Translations under genes and position numbers: made by a program | Part shown: piece after piece, positions 24,201 to 39,200 of the stretch | Layout: each line of letters starts with the position of its first letter | Numbering within the stretch: position 1 is the first letter of the stretch | The notes under the pieces: generated by a model | Seen by the model: the letters and a program-made list of their open reading frames with translations, nothing else | Database searches by the model: none | Told to the model about the DNA's origin: nothing | Assembly: GCA_030390025.1 (NCBI GenBank) | Contig: CM059431.1 | Coordinates: 153,700,001-153,764,000 of the forward strand | Length of the DNA stretch: 64,000 nucleotides | Source: Squalus acanthias | Taxonomy: Eukaryota | Direction of reading: 5' to 3'

Positions 24201-27200
24201 GACTAATGGCGTGTATTCCTTTTATTCGCTTATGGGATCTGGGCGTCGCTGGCAAGGACAGCATTTATTGCTCATCCCTTAATTGTTTTCTGCATTAACT
24301 CCCGATTCTGAGCGTTTCATCTCTCTCCTAAGGAAAGCTCGATATAAAAAGGACGTTTCTTATCCGAGTTTGTACATTACTTATCTATATATGATTGCAA
24401 TATACATTCTTGTTAGGAAATCAGATCCCTAGCTGAATGTCACCGCAGAAGCGATGCAACCCAACTAATTTTCGATACCGTGCTGGAAAAGGGAGCTCGG
24501 GGAGAAAGAACAATGTGGAACATATTGCTTCAACTGCAGAACACCAAATCCAAGCTGAAAATTTCGTTGTCAGAGATACAGAATGGAAGTACAGAGGGAG
24601 AAAGTGATCTAGGAGGTTGGTGGTATCCAAATCTAAATTTCCTTTAGAATGACAAAGTTTTATTTGAGGTGAGAATTTTATTTTATTCTTTTAAGTGATG
24701 TCGGCGTCACTGGCAAGGCCAGCATTTATTGCCCATCCCTAGTTGCACTTGGGAAGGTGGTGGGTATCCGCTCCTGCTCATCCTAAAAGCCCTCCCCCAC
24801 TTTATCTCTAAAATCGGCTTCACAACGCCTCTTTTACACTCCTGTCCGTCCTCTCCCCTTGCTGTGCTTTGCAGTCAACCAGTTCATCTGCTCCGGACTC
24901 CAGACATAGAACTCATCCACACGGAGTTGAACACAGTTCCTATGAGCTTCCATCTCTGTATGTCTTAATATTTTAAGCACCGACCACATGTTGCAAGGCC
25001 TGGTTCGTTCTCTTAACTCCAGCAAAACAGTCAGCCTTAATTCTGAATTCCACCTCTGTAAGGCTCCACTGGCAGTGTCACCGCTAAAGAACTGCCGTCG
25101 CGATAGCAGTTAGTTCAGAGTATTCACTGTTTCATAGCGGAAATTTATGTTCATCTCTTCTCATTTATACCTTCAAAGAAAATGCAGTTACTGAAATATC
25201 ACTAACGTTGGCGAGCTACACGGATTTCCAGCTGCGCAGAGTTATTGTTTGCTACCGTCAGAGACTAGAACATTTAATTGAAGAATTCGTGGAGGCCGTT
25301 AGTCAGTCGCTTGTAGTTGCAAACGTGCTTGCTGAAAAAGATCATAAGGTATGTTTCATATATGTTCGAATCGGATGATGTTAAATGAGTCAAACGATTG
25401 ACTGTTTCGACAGACTGTGTTCTGTGCAACTCAACTATATTAGCGGTACTTCACGCTGCACTTTATTGACTGAAATTGTTGTCCAGTGCCAGTGTAGTCA
25501 ACATTTGAAGTACTCTTCTGAGATATCTCTCTGTTAAATTAATTTTTCATGAATTTTCAATGAATGTATTCATAATAAGAGAAGTTTCTAATGAACTAAC
25601 TGTGATTTTTTAACGCAGCCTGCTTGGCCCAATTATCGCCAGCTTCAATAATTTTCCTTCAAAAGCTCAGAGTTGGGGCTGTTCGCTGATGATTGCACGG
25701 TGTTTAGTTCCATTCGCAAATCCTCAGAAAATGAAGCATTCCATGCGCACACGCAGCATGACCTAGATAACATCCATGTTTAGTCCGATAAGGGCAGGTA
25801 ACATTTATGCCACGGAGTACCAGGTACTGGCTACCTACAGCTGGAGAAAGTCTAACAAATTGCCATTGACATTCAATAGCTTTACCATCGGATTTCTACC
25901 ACCATGAATGTCCTTGTGATCAGCAGTAAAAACCAGCTCTGAGATTTCACTGCCAAACTTCTTGCAGTTAACGTAATTCCAGTAGCCAAGCACCTCGAAA
26001 TGAGTAATTGAATAAGACACAATGTGCAGCCTAAGCATCATGCATCCTCATTACAGCCCCAATGGACAACCTGGAGATAGATCAAAACTGTAATAACCAC
26101 ATACTTCAAATCGCATGTGAATAAGTTAACTGACACATACGAACTTAACCGTATGAATTTCGCTACGATCACGGCCAAGATTTTCCACCCATTCTCCATC
26201 AAAACGGCCGAGAATTTCCAATTGGATTGAGCCATTGCCGGTGGTGCGGATTTAAACAATTTCTGCTGAACATATCCATTCGTTTCTTCTATTCTACTTC
26301 TGCTAATTCCCGCCCCTACTTTGGTCCAATGCTCAGGCACATGAAAAAAAACCGGCCTCTCCCGAGGCCACATCCTCTCCCCTCATGAATGCCATAATAT
26401 CCCAATTCTTAAAAAAAACCTAGTCTAATCTATGATGTTTATCTTCTCCCTTGCTCCAATAACTCCTCACTTATGTAACACAAATGTAATGAAACATAAT
26501 ACTGTGAATAAAGCGTGTGAGTTCAATGAATAGTTTGTCTGAGGGTATGAAATAATGATTTGATCAACGTGGCTTATATAAGGGCAGGATTGGCAAATGA
26601 AGTGCCCTGTTACCAGAAGATCATGGTAACTTAAGTTGTATGCAAATAGGGAGCAGTCATTAACAACAGATTCATTTGCCGCATTGGAGCTTCAGGACTG
26701 ATATAAGGAATGATTCAAAATAGAAATCTATAAGTTCGGGGTAACACAATAATAATGGAACACTTTTTCTATAAGGCGCTCGTTGTCTTACACCAAATAG
26801 TGGAAAAGGGATAGAAGAAGAGTTATATAGACAAATTGGAGAAAATGCAGCAATAACATTAACGTTGATTTTTGACTTTAAATATCCCAAGAACAGAAGT
26901 AACATAAGTGGGGAAGGGAGGCCAGGCTTCTGAAGCTTTATCAGGACATTATTCAGATAGGTTCAATTTTAGGACAACAATAATTAATTGAGCATTTGAT
27001 CCATTTCTAAAAATTAACAGCGGATACTCAGTGAGGTAAGTCTAGTGAAACATTCACCAATTATATCGTTAGTATTCATGTGAATTAGAAAATATCTCGT
27101 TAAAATCAAAAAAATAAATATGTTAAAGGAAAATATCTAATTTCAACGCGGCTAACATAATAGCTCAGTTATATTGAGGCAGATATGATCAGATAATATC

Positions 27201-30200
27201 GTGGTGAGGCAATAGAAAGATAGCCAATAGAAATTTACCATACAAGATACACAAATCACACTTGACTGAAAGGAGTGCAGCAAAAACTAGAATTACTTCG
27301 GCGTGCATAGAAAATGAAATAAAGAACAGATTTTACAATTGAATGTAGGAGTGCAGGGCTAGTTATATAAAACAAATGAAGGACCGCTTGATAATATAGT
27401 GAATATATAATAGATGTTTGAGTTGCCGGTGACAGAGTTCAGACAATGATCACATTCCGTATAAACTTCAAAGAAAATAGTTACACAAACAACAGAGCTG
27501 CTTAGAGATGAAAAGGGAATGGTTCATATATATGACGAAGGATTCACTGAAAAGCTATTGGTACTGTTTCGATGAATGAAGGTGATACTTGGAATGAGTG
27601 AAAAACTCATTGAAGTCAAATGAAAAGAAAGTCAGAAGCGAGTAAAAAGTGCCGCCGATTCGCTTCAGAGCGTTTGACCCAGTTGTCCAACACTGGACAA
27701 CATCTTGTGACGCATTATTTATGTTTGTCAACTTGTGCAAACTGAGTTTCTAAAAATCAAGCTGTGAGCTTTCAAAACGATTATTGTCCTTAACAACGAA
27801 TAATTATTGATTTTGACCGTATCCCATAGCGGTAATCTTAAGTTTGTGTTTTGATTTGGCTCTTTACCCTTTTCAGTCAATCAGTTGCTGCTTAAAATGA
27901 AAGAAAGTACAGTCGCCGTAGGTGTCTTAAAGCTGCTCCTTTCTATCTCTGTAACCTCTTCCAATCCTACAACCTGTCGAGAGCAAGGCGCTGGTCCTGT
28001 TCTGGCCTCTTGTGCATCTCCCATTTTCATCGCTGCAACATTAATGGCCATGCCTTCAGCGGTTTAGACCCTAAGCTCTGGAATTCCCTCCCGAAACTAC
28101 TGTGAATCTCTAACTCGCTCTTTTCTAAGACTCTCGATAAATCTACTCTATGACCAAGCTTTGGTCACCTGTCCTAATATCTTCCTCTGATCCTTAGTGT
28201 TACATTTTGTTTGATAACACTCCCTTTGCAAGGCTTTGGGACGTTTTACTACACTAGTTCTTTTTGTTTCTACTTAATTCTCATTACAGGCACGCCTCCT
28301 GTCTGACTGATGGCGTATCTTCCTTTCATTCGCTTATGGGATCTGGGCGTCGCTGGAAAGGCCAGCATTTATTGCTCATCCCATAATTGTTTTCTGCATT
28401 AACTCCCGATTCTGAGCGTTTCATCTCTCTCCTAAGGAAAGCTATAATTGAAAAGACATTTCCTATCAAATATTGTACAATTCTTCTCTATATTTGATTG
28501 CAATATACATTCTTGTTAGGAAATCAGATCCCTAGCTGAATGTCATCGCAGAAGCGATGCATCCCAACTCATTTTCGATACTGTGCTGGAAAAGGGAGCT
28601 CGGGGAGAAAGAACAATGTGGAACATATTGCTTCAACTGCAGAACACCAAACCCAAGCTAAACATGACATTGTCTGAGATACAGAATAGATGTACAGAGG
28701 GAGAAAGTGATCTAAAAGGTTAGTGGTGTCCAAATCTAATTTTCCGTTAGAATAACAAAGTTTTATTTAGGATGAGCACTATGTTTTACTCGCTTATATG
28801 ATGTGGTCTTCGCTGCCAAGGCCAGCATTTATTATCCATCCCTGGTTGCCCTTGAGAAGGTGGTGGTTCGCCGCTTTCCCTGAAATGCTGCAGTCCATGT
28901 GGTGAAGGTTCTCCCACAATGCTGTTGGGGAGGCAGTGCCATGAGTTTGACAAAGCGAAAATGAAGGAACGGCGATATACTTCCAAGAGTGGATGGTGTG
29001 TGTCTTGGAGGGGAACCTGGAAGTGTTGGTGTTCCCAGGCGCCTGATACTCTTGACCTTCTAGTTGCTAGAGGTCGCGGGTTTCGGAGGGTACTGGCGAA
29101 GAATCCTTGACGAGTTGCCACAGTGCATCTCGTAGATGGTCCACTCTGCAGCCACTGTGGTGGCAGTGGGAAAAAGACTGGATGCTACTAATTTATACAG
29201 GCTTGTGTGAGTTTTATACTCGATTCCTTGAACGAACTTATACATTTCAGTTTGCACAGAGCTCCACTACTCCTGTGCAATTTCACGTTTTTTTCCACGG
29301 ATCCTTGATGCCCTCAATAACTGACCAACTTTGATTCCTTAAACCATATTGATCATTTGTTAAAGGCTGCTACTCATCCTCAAATCTCTCGCCTACCTTA
29401 TCTCTAAATCTTCTTAACATCCCCTCTTTTGCACTCCAGTCCCTCCGCTACCTTGCTGTGGTCTCCAGTGTACAAGTTCATCAGCTCCGAACTCCAGTCA
29501 TAGAACTCATCCACACGATCTGGAACTCAGCTCCTATGATCTTCAATCTCTGTACTTCTTGCTTATTTAAACAACGACCGCACTTAGCAAGGCCTGGTTG
29601 TTTCTCTTAACTCCAGCAGAACTGTCAGCGGTAATTCTGAATACCAGCACTGTAAGGCATCACTGGCAGTGTTCACTGCTTGAAAGACACTCTTAAAGAA
29701 CTTCTGTCGTGATAGCCGTTACTTCTGAGTATTTACTGTCCCATAGCATTTATGTTAATCTGTTCTCATTTACACCTTCACAGAAAATGAAGACACTGAA
29801 ATATTACCAACTTTGGCGAGCTACACGGATTTCCAGCTGCGCAGAGTTATCGTTTGCTACCGTCAGAGACTAGAACAGTCAATTGAAGAGATAGTGGAGG
29901 CCGTCAGTCAGTCGCTTGTAGATGCAAATGTGCTTGCTAAAACAAATCATAAGGTATGTCTCATCTATGTTAGAATCGTATAGTTTTAAATGACTCAAAC
30001 GATTGACTGTTTATAGTCATAAAGTCATAGAGTCATAGAGTTGTACAACATAGAAAGAGGACCTCGGCCCATCGCGTCCGGCGCCGGCCATCAAGCCCTG
30101 TCTATTCTAACCCCATTTTCCAGCACTTGTTCCGTTGCCTTGTATGATATGCCGTGTCAGTGCTCATCCAAATGCTTCTTGAATGTTCTCTGGGTTCCTG

Positions 30201-33200
30201 CCTCTACCACCCCTTTCACGCAGTGAGTTCCAGATTCCAATCACCCTCTGGGTGAAAATGTTTTTCCTGAAATCCCCTCTAAACCTTCTGCCCCTTACCT
30301 TGAAGCTATGCCCCCTTGTTATTGACACCTCTACTAATGGGAAAAGGTCATTTCTATGTACCCTATCTATGCCACTCATAATTTTCTACACCTCAATGAG
30401 GTCCCCCATCAGCCTTCTCTGCTCTAAGGATAACAACCCCAGCCAGTCCAGTCTCTCTTCATAGCTGTAGCGCTGCTACCCAGGTAACATCCTGGTGAAT
30501 CTCCTCTGCACCCTCTCTAATGCAATCACATTCTTCCTATAATTTGGCGACCAGAACTTCACACAGTATTCCAGCTGTGGCCAAACTTGCGTTTTGCACA
30601 GTTCCATCATAAACTCTCTGCTCTTATAATCTATGCCTCGTCTAATGAATGCAAGTATCCCATATTTCTTCTTAACCACCTTATATACCTGTCCTGCTGC
30701 ATTCAGGGATCTATGTACATGCACACGAAGTTCCATCTGATCCTCTGTCCTTCCTAAGATCCTACCATACATAGTGTATTCCCTTGCCTTGTTAGTCCTC
30801 CCAAAATGCTTCACCTCAAACTTTTCAGGGTTAAACATAATTGGCCACTGTTCTGCCCATCTGACCAACACGTCTATATCGTCCTGTAGCCTAAGGCTTC
30901 CCTCCTCGCTATTTACCACCCCACCAATTTTCGTGTCATCTGCGAACTTACTGATCATACCTCCTACATTCATATCTAAATCATTAATGTACACTACAAA
31001 CAGCAAAAAGTCCCAGCACCGATCCCTGCGGTACACCATCGGACACAGGCTTCCAGTCATAAAAACAACATTCGACCATCACCCTCTGCATCCTGCTACT
31101 AAGCCAATTGTGGATCCAATGTGCAAAGTTGCCCTGGATTCCATGGGCTCTTACCTTCTTGATCAGTCTCCCATGCGGGACTCTGTCAAAAGCCTTACTG
31201 AAGTCCATGTAGCCACATCAAGTGCACTACCCTCTTCCACACATCAAGTCACCCCCTCGAAAAATTCAATGAAATTGGTCAGACATGATCTCCCCCTGAC
31301 AAAGCCATGCTGACTATCCTTGCCTTTCCATGTCGAGACTAATTCTGTTCCTCAGAATTGTTTCCAATAATTTCCCTGCCACTAATGTTAGGCTCACTGG
31401 CCTATAATTCCCTGGTTTATCCCTACTACACATCTTGAATAACGGTACTACGTTAGCTGTTCTCCATTCCTTTGGCACCTCCACTGTGGCCAGAGAGGTT
31501 CTGAAAATTTGTGTTATAGCCCCTGCAATCTCCTCCCTTGCCTCACACATGAGCCTGGGATACATCTCGTCTGGCCCTGGGGATTTATCCACTTTTAAGC
31601 CAGCTAAAACCGCTAGTAACTCCTCCCTCTTAATAGTAATTTGTTCAAGTATATCAAAATCCCCCTGTCTGATTTATATGCCTACATCGTCCTTCTCCAT
31701 AGTGAACACAGATGCAAGACATTCATTTAAAACCCCACCGACATCTTCTGGCTCAACACACAGATTGCCACTTTGGTCCCTAATGGGCCCTACTCTTTCC
31801 CTGGTTATCCTCTTGCACTTAATATACATATAAAACACCTTAGGATTTTCCTTTATTTTGCCCACCAGTGTTATTTTTTGCCCCCTCTTCGCTCTCCTAA
31901 TTTCTTTTTTTAAGTACCCCCTGCACTTTCGATACTCCTCGAGGGCTTCCACTGTTTTTAGTCCTTTGTATGTGCCAAAAGCCTCCCTTTTTTCCTACTC
32001 CATTCTACGCATATCCCTTGACATCCAGGGTTCAATTAGGTTGCTTGTCCCACCCTTGACCATTACGGGAACATGTTGCCGTTGTACACTCTCTATTTCT
32101 TTTCTGAAAGAATCCCACTGCTCTGATGTGGATTTTCCTAAAAGTAGCTGATCACAGTACACTTTGGCCAGATCCTGCCTTATCATATTAAAATCGGCCT
32201 TCCCTCAATTTAGAACCTTTATTTCCGGTCCATCTTAGTCCTTTTCCATGACTACCTGAAATCTCACCGAATTATGGTCACTGTCACCAAAATGCTCTCC
32301 TACTAACACTTCTCCCACTTGCCCGGCTACATTACCGAGAATTAGGTCCAGTACCGCCCCCTTTTTGGTAGGACTTTCTACATGCTGGCTCAAAAAACTC
32401 TCCTGGATGCACTTTAAGAATTTCGCACCCTCTAAGCCTTTCACACTCTGACTATCCCAGTTAATATTGGGGAAGTTGAAATCCACTACTATTATTACCG
32501 TCTGATTTCTATACTTCCTTGAGATTTGCCTGCATATCTGTTCCTATATCTCGCCCTGACTGTTTGGGGGCCTATGGTAAATTCCCAGCAAAGTGCTTGC
32601 CCCCTTTTAGTTTTTAAGTTCTACCCATATGGCCTCATTAGAGGAACCTGCTAAGACATCATCCCTCCTTACAGCAGTAATTGACTCGTTGATTAATATG
32701 GCGACACTCCCTCCTCTTTTACACCCTCCTCTGCCTCGCCTGAAGATTCTATGCCACGGAATATTGAGCTGCCAGTCCTGCCCCTCCCGCAACCATGTCT
32801 CTGTGACAGCACTAAAATCGTACTCCCATGTGTTCAACAACGCCATCAATCCATCTACCTTACTCAAAAGACTACTTGCATTAAAATAAATGCCATCCAG
32901 CCTTGCCATACTCCCTTGTGCCGTTACATATTTGCTCTGCATTTCAGGCTGATTTGTTTTTTCCTCTATAGTTGGCAGTGCATCACCCCCTACTATCCTG
33001 CCACTCCATATCCCATCCCCCGGCCAAGTTAGTTTAAAACCCCCCCCCCCCCCCCCCCCCCCGCCCCCCCAACTGTTTTGGAAATATCCCCGCAAGGATG
33101 TTGGTCATGTTGCGGTTCAGGTGCAACCCGTCCGAATTGTACAGGTGCCACCTTCCCCAGAAGCTGACCCAGTGATCCAGGAAACTAAAGCCCTCCCTCG

Positions 33201-36200
33201 TGCACAAACACTTTAGCCACGCATTCATCTGCTCGATCCTCCTATTCTTATACTCACTAGCAAGTGGCAACGGGAGTAATAAAGAGATTACTACCTTTAA
33301 GGTCCTGCTTTTAATCTGATACCTTGCTCTCTAAATTTTTTTGCAGGACCTAATCCCTCTTTCTAGCCATGTCGTTGGTACCAATGTGAACCAGGACGAC
33401 TGACTGTTCGCCCTCCCCCTTCAGAATGCCCTGCAGCCGTTCAGTGACATCCTTGAACCTGGCACCAGGGAGGCAACATACCATCCTGGAGTCACGTCTG
33501 CGGCCACAGAAACGTCTGTCTGTTCCCCTTACGATAGAGTCCCCTATCACTATTGCTCTCCCACTCTTTTTCCTCGCCTCCTGTGCAGCTGAGCCACTCG
33601 TAGTGCCACGGACTTGGCTCTTGCTGCATTCCATTGAGAAAAAATCTCCCCCATCAGTATACAAAACGGAAAATCTGTCGGAGAGGGAGATGGACCTAGG
33701 GGACTTCTGCACTACCTTCCTCGTTCTTTTACTCTGTCTGATGGTCACCCATTCCCTAGCTGCCTGTGCACTCTTTACAAGCGGTGTGACAAACTTGTTA
33801 AACGTGCTATCCACGAATATCTCAGCTTCGCGGATTCTACACAGTGACTCCAGCCGCAGCTCCAGCTCCGAAACGCGGATTTCGAGAAGCTGCAGCTGGA
33901 GACACTTCCTGCACATGTGCTCGCCCTGGACACCTAAAGTGCCCCTGACTTCACAAAAAGCACAAGAGGAGCACTCCACGCTGTTTAGACAGTGAATATT
34001 CTGTGCAAACTAACCATATAGGCAATACATTACGCTGTACTGGTTTAACTTCAGCAGATAATCTGAAATTAATGTCCCATATCAGTGTATTGAAATACTC
34101 TTCTGAGATAGCTCTTTTAAATTAATTATTCCTGAATTGTCAATGCATGCATTCATAATAAGAGAACAGTACCTCATGGACGAACCGTGCTTTTTTAATA
34201 GCAGCCTTCTGTGCCCAAGTATCGTCAGCTGCTTCATCAATGACCTTCCTTCAAAAGGTTAGAGATGGGGCTATTCGCTAATGATTGCACAATATTTAGT
34301 TCCGTTCGCAATTCATCAGAAAATAAAGCAGACCATGCCCGCACGCAGCATGACCCGGACAACATCCACGTTTGGGCCGATAATGACAGTTAACATTTAT
34401 GCCACGTAAGTTTCAGGTGCTGGCTACTTGCAACTCGTGAAAGTCTAACCCATTAACATTGACAATCAATGGCTTTACCATCAGCGTTCTACCACCATGA
34501 GTGTCCCGGTGATCACCACTAAAACCAGCTCTGAGAATTTACTGCCAAACCTCTTGCAGTTAAAGTTATTCCATTAGCCAAGCCACTCGAAATGAGTAAT
34601 TGAATAAGACAAAACTTGCAGCGCAAGCAACACACATCATCATTACAGTCCAATGGACAACTAGGTGCTAAGTCAAAAGTGTTATAATCACATAATTCAA
34701 ATATCATGTGAATAATCAACTGACACATACGAACTTAACAGTATGACATTTCCTACGATCACGGCCGAGATACTCTGGTCATTCTCCATCAAAACGGCCG
34801 TGCCTTTCGAATTGGATTGAGCCATTGCAGGTGGCGCGGACTGAACAATTTCTACTGAACATATCCAATTGCTTTCTTCCATTTTACTTCTTGCTAAGTC
34901 CGACCCCTAACTCGGCCAAGACTCAGGGAGGTCAACACACCTAGCCTCTCCCGAGGCCACATCCTCTCACCTCAGGAATGCCATAATGTTGCATTTCATT
35001 AAATAGCCTTAATCTAATCTATGATGTTTAACTTCTCCCTTTCTCCATTAACTGCTCTCTTACGTAACACAAATGTAAAGAGACATAGTACTGTGAATAA
35101 AGCAGGGAATTTCAAGGTACAGTTTGTCTGATTGTATGATATAATGATCTGATCGACGTGGCTTATCGAAGGGCAGGATTGGGAGATGAATTGTGCTCTG
35201 TTACCTGAAGATCATGTTAAATAAGTTGTATGCAAACAGGAAGCATTCATTAATAACAGATTCATTTGCAGAATTGGATCTTCAGGAATGATATAAGGAA
35301 TGATTCAAAATAGAAATCGATAAGTTTGGGGTAACACCACAAATTGGAACTCTGTCTATAAGGCGTTCGTTGTCTTACAAAAAATAGCGGAAAAGGGATA
35401 GCAGAAGCGTTATATAGACAAATTGGAGATCATGCAGCAATAACAGTACCAGTGATTGGTGACTTTGTATATCCAAAGTACAGAAATAACCGAAGTGGGG
35501 AAGGGTGGCCGTGGTGTCTTAGGTCCGTCCAGGACATTTTTCAGCTGGCTACAATTTTAGAACGACAAGGAAGGATTGAGCATTTCATCTATTTTTTGAA
35601 ATGGGCAGGGGCCAGTCGGTGAGGAAAGGGTAGTGAAACATCTACCAATTATTTCGTTAGTATTCATATGAATTATAAAATGTTAAAGGAATAAATCTAA
35701 TGTCAAGGAGGCTGACATATTAGCTCAGCTTAATTGAGGCGGATGTGATCAGATAATATCGTGGGTAGGCAATAGGAAGATGGACAAAATACGTTTCCCA
35801 TACACGATACACAAATCATACGGGAATGAAAGCAGTGCAGGGCAGACAAGATTTACTTGGGCTTGCAGAGACATGAAATAAACAATAGATTTAAAATTGA
35901 ATGTCGGCGTGCAGGGCTAGTTATATAAAACAAATGAAGGAAGCCTGCGTAATATAATGAACATAATAGATGTATGAGTGGCCGGTGACAGAGTTCGAGA
36001 CAATGATCATATACACTTCAAGGAGAAAAGTTACACAAAGAAAAGCGCTGTGTAAAGATGAAATGGGAATGGTTCATATAGAGGACGAAGGATTCACTGA
36101 AAAGCTATTGGTACTGTTTCGATGAATTAAGGTGATACTTGGAATGAATGAAAATCTCATTAAAGTCAATGGAAAAGAAAGACAGAAGCGAGTAAAACTG

Positions 36201-39200
36201 GGCTGCCATTTCGCTTCTGCGCGTTTTACCCAATTGGCCAACACTGGCCAACACATTGTGACCCCTTCTTGATGGTTGTCAACTTTTGCAATCTGACTCT
36301 CTAAAAAACTAACTGTGAGTTTTCTAAAATATTAAGGTCCTTAACTACCAATAATTATTGGTTTTGTTCCTATCCTATACCTGTAACCGTTGCTTTGTGC
36401 CTTGATTTTGCAATTTCCCCTTTTCCATCAATCAGTTGCTGTTTATAATGAGAGAAAATCCAATCGCCCTGGGTGTCTCAAAGCTGATCTTTTCTATCTG
36501 TGTAACCTCTTACAATCCTAAAAGCTGTCGAGATCCAGGCACTGACCCAATAGTTACCTCTTGAGCATCCCCCATTTTCATCGTTCCACCATTGATGACC
36601 TTGCCTTAAGCGGTTTAAACCCTAAGCTCTGTAATTCACTCCAGAAACCACTATGAATCTCTTCCTCTCACTTCTCTAAGACTCTCTTTAAATCTACTCT
36701 GTGAGCAAGCTTTGGTCACCTGTCCTAATATCTTCCTCTGATGCTTGGTGCTACATTTTGTTTGATAACACTAGCTTTGCAACTCTTTTGGACATTTTAC
36801 TAAGCTAGGTCTTGCTGATTCTGCATAATTCTCATTGCAGGCACTCCTGCTGTCCGCCTAATGGCTTATTCCCCTTTTTTTTCGCTCAGGGGATCTGGGC
36901 GTCGCTGGCAAGGACAGCATTTATTCCTCATCCCTTAATTGTTTTCTGCATTAACTCCCCTTTCTGAGCGTGTCTTCTCTTTCCCCAGGAAAGCTAGAAA
37001 TAGAAAAGACGTTTTTTCTCCGAGTTTGTAAATTTCTTCTCTTTATATGATTGCAACATACATTCTTCTTAGGAAATCGGATCCCTAGCTGCATGTCACC
37101 GCAGAAGCGATGCTTCCCAACTCATTTTCGATACCGTGCTGGAAAAGGGAGCTCGGGGAGAAAGAAAAATGTGGAACATATTGCTTCAACTGCAGAACAC
37201 CAAACCCAAGCTGAAAATGACATTTTCAGAGATACAGAACAGATATACAGAGGAAGAAAGTGATCTAGAAGGTTAGTGGCATCGAAATCTAATTTTACCT
37301 TAGATTAACAACGTTTTTTTAAGGTGAGAACTATTTTTTATTCGTTTATTGGATGTGGGCGTCGCTGGCAAGGCCAGCATTTATTATCCATCCCTAGTTG
37401 CCCTTGAGTTGGTGGTGGTTAGCCGCTTTCCTGTAACGCTGCAGTCTATGTGGTAAAGGTTCTCCCACAATCCTGTTGGGGAGCGAGTGCCATGAGTTTG
37501 ACAAAGCGACAATGAAGGAACGGCGATATACTTCCAAGCCAGGATGGTGTTTCACTAGGAGTGGACCTTGGAAGTGTTGGTGCTCCCAGGCGTCTGCTGC
37601 ACTTGTCCTTCTAGATGGTAAGGTCGCCGGTTTGGGGGTACTGCCGAAGAAGCCTTGACGAATTGCCGCAGTGCATCTTGTAGATGGTCCACTCTGCAGC
37701 GAAATTATGGCAGTGGGGAAGGGCTTGAATGCTACCAATTTATACAGTCTTGTATGAGTTTTATACACGATTCCTCGAACGACTTTTGGCACTGCCCGTT
37801 ATAAATTGCAGCTTGGACAGAGCTCCAATACTCCTATGCAAATTCACCTTTTGTTCCACGGATCCGTGATGCCCTCATTAACGGACCTACTTTGATTCCT
37901 TAAAGCACATTGATCATTTGTGAAAGGCTCCTACTCATTCTCAAATCTTTCGCCTACATTGTCTCTAAAGTCGTCTTCACATCCCATCTTTTGCACTCCA
38001 GTCCCTCTTCTCCTACTTTGATTCCTTAAAGCTTGAAAGACTCTGCAAGGAACATCTGTCGCGATAGCCGTTAGTTCAGAGTATTTCATAGCATTTATGT
38101 TAATCTGTTCTCACTTACACCTTCACAGAAAATGCAGATACTGAAATATTAATACCGATGACGAGCTACACGGATTTCCAGCTGCGCAGAGTTATCGTTT
38201 GCTACCGTCAGAGACTAGAACAGTCAATTGAAGAGGTAGTGGAGGCCGTTAGTCAGTCGCTTGCAGATGCAAACGTGCTTACTGAAACAAATCATAAGGT
38301 ATGTTTCATCTATGTTTGAATCGTATCGTGTTAAATGTGTCAAACGATTGACTGTTTAGACAGAGTGTATTCTGTGCAACGCAACGATATAAGCAGTTCA
38401 TAAAGCTGTGCTGGTTTAACTTCCGTAGACAATCTGAAACTTGTCCTATGCCAGTGATTTGAAATACTCTTCTGAGATATCACTGTTAAATTATTTTTTC
38501 ATGAATTGCCAATGCATGCATTCTTAATAAGAGAACAGTACCTCATGGACTAACCGAGATTTTTAATGGCAGCCTTCTGTGCCCAATTACAGTGAGCTGC
38601 TTCATCAATGACCTTCCTTCAAAAGGTCAGAGTTGGGGCTATTCGCTAATGATTGCACTATGTTTAGTTCCGTTCGCAATTCCTGAGAAAATGAAGCAGT
38701 CCATGCCCGCGCGCAGCATGACCCAGACAACATCCAAGTTTGGGGCGAGAAGTGACCGGTAACATTTATGCCACGTAAGTTTCAGGTGCTGGCTACTTGC
38801 AACTAGAGAAAGTCTAACCCATTAACATTGACATTCAATGGCTTTACCATCAGCGTTCTACCACCATGAGTGTCCCGGTGATCACCACTAAAACCAGCTC
38901 TGAGAATTTACTGCCAAACCTCTTGCAGTTAAAGTTTTCCAGTAGCCAAGCCACTCGAAATGAGTAATTGAATAAGACAAAACTTGCAGCGCAAGCAACA
39001 CACATCATCATTACAGTCCAATGGACAATCAGGTGCTAAGTCAAAACTGTTATAATCACATAATTCAAATATCATGTGAATAATCAACTGACACATACGA
39101 ACTTAACAGTATGACATTTCCTACGATCACGGCCGAGATACTCTTCTCATTCTCCATCAAAACGGCCGTACGTTTCGAATTGGATTGAGCCATTGCCGGT

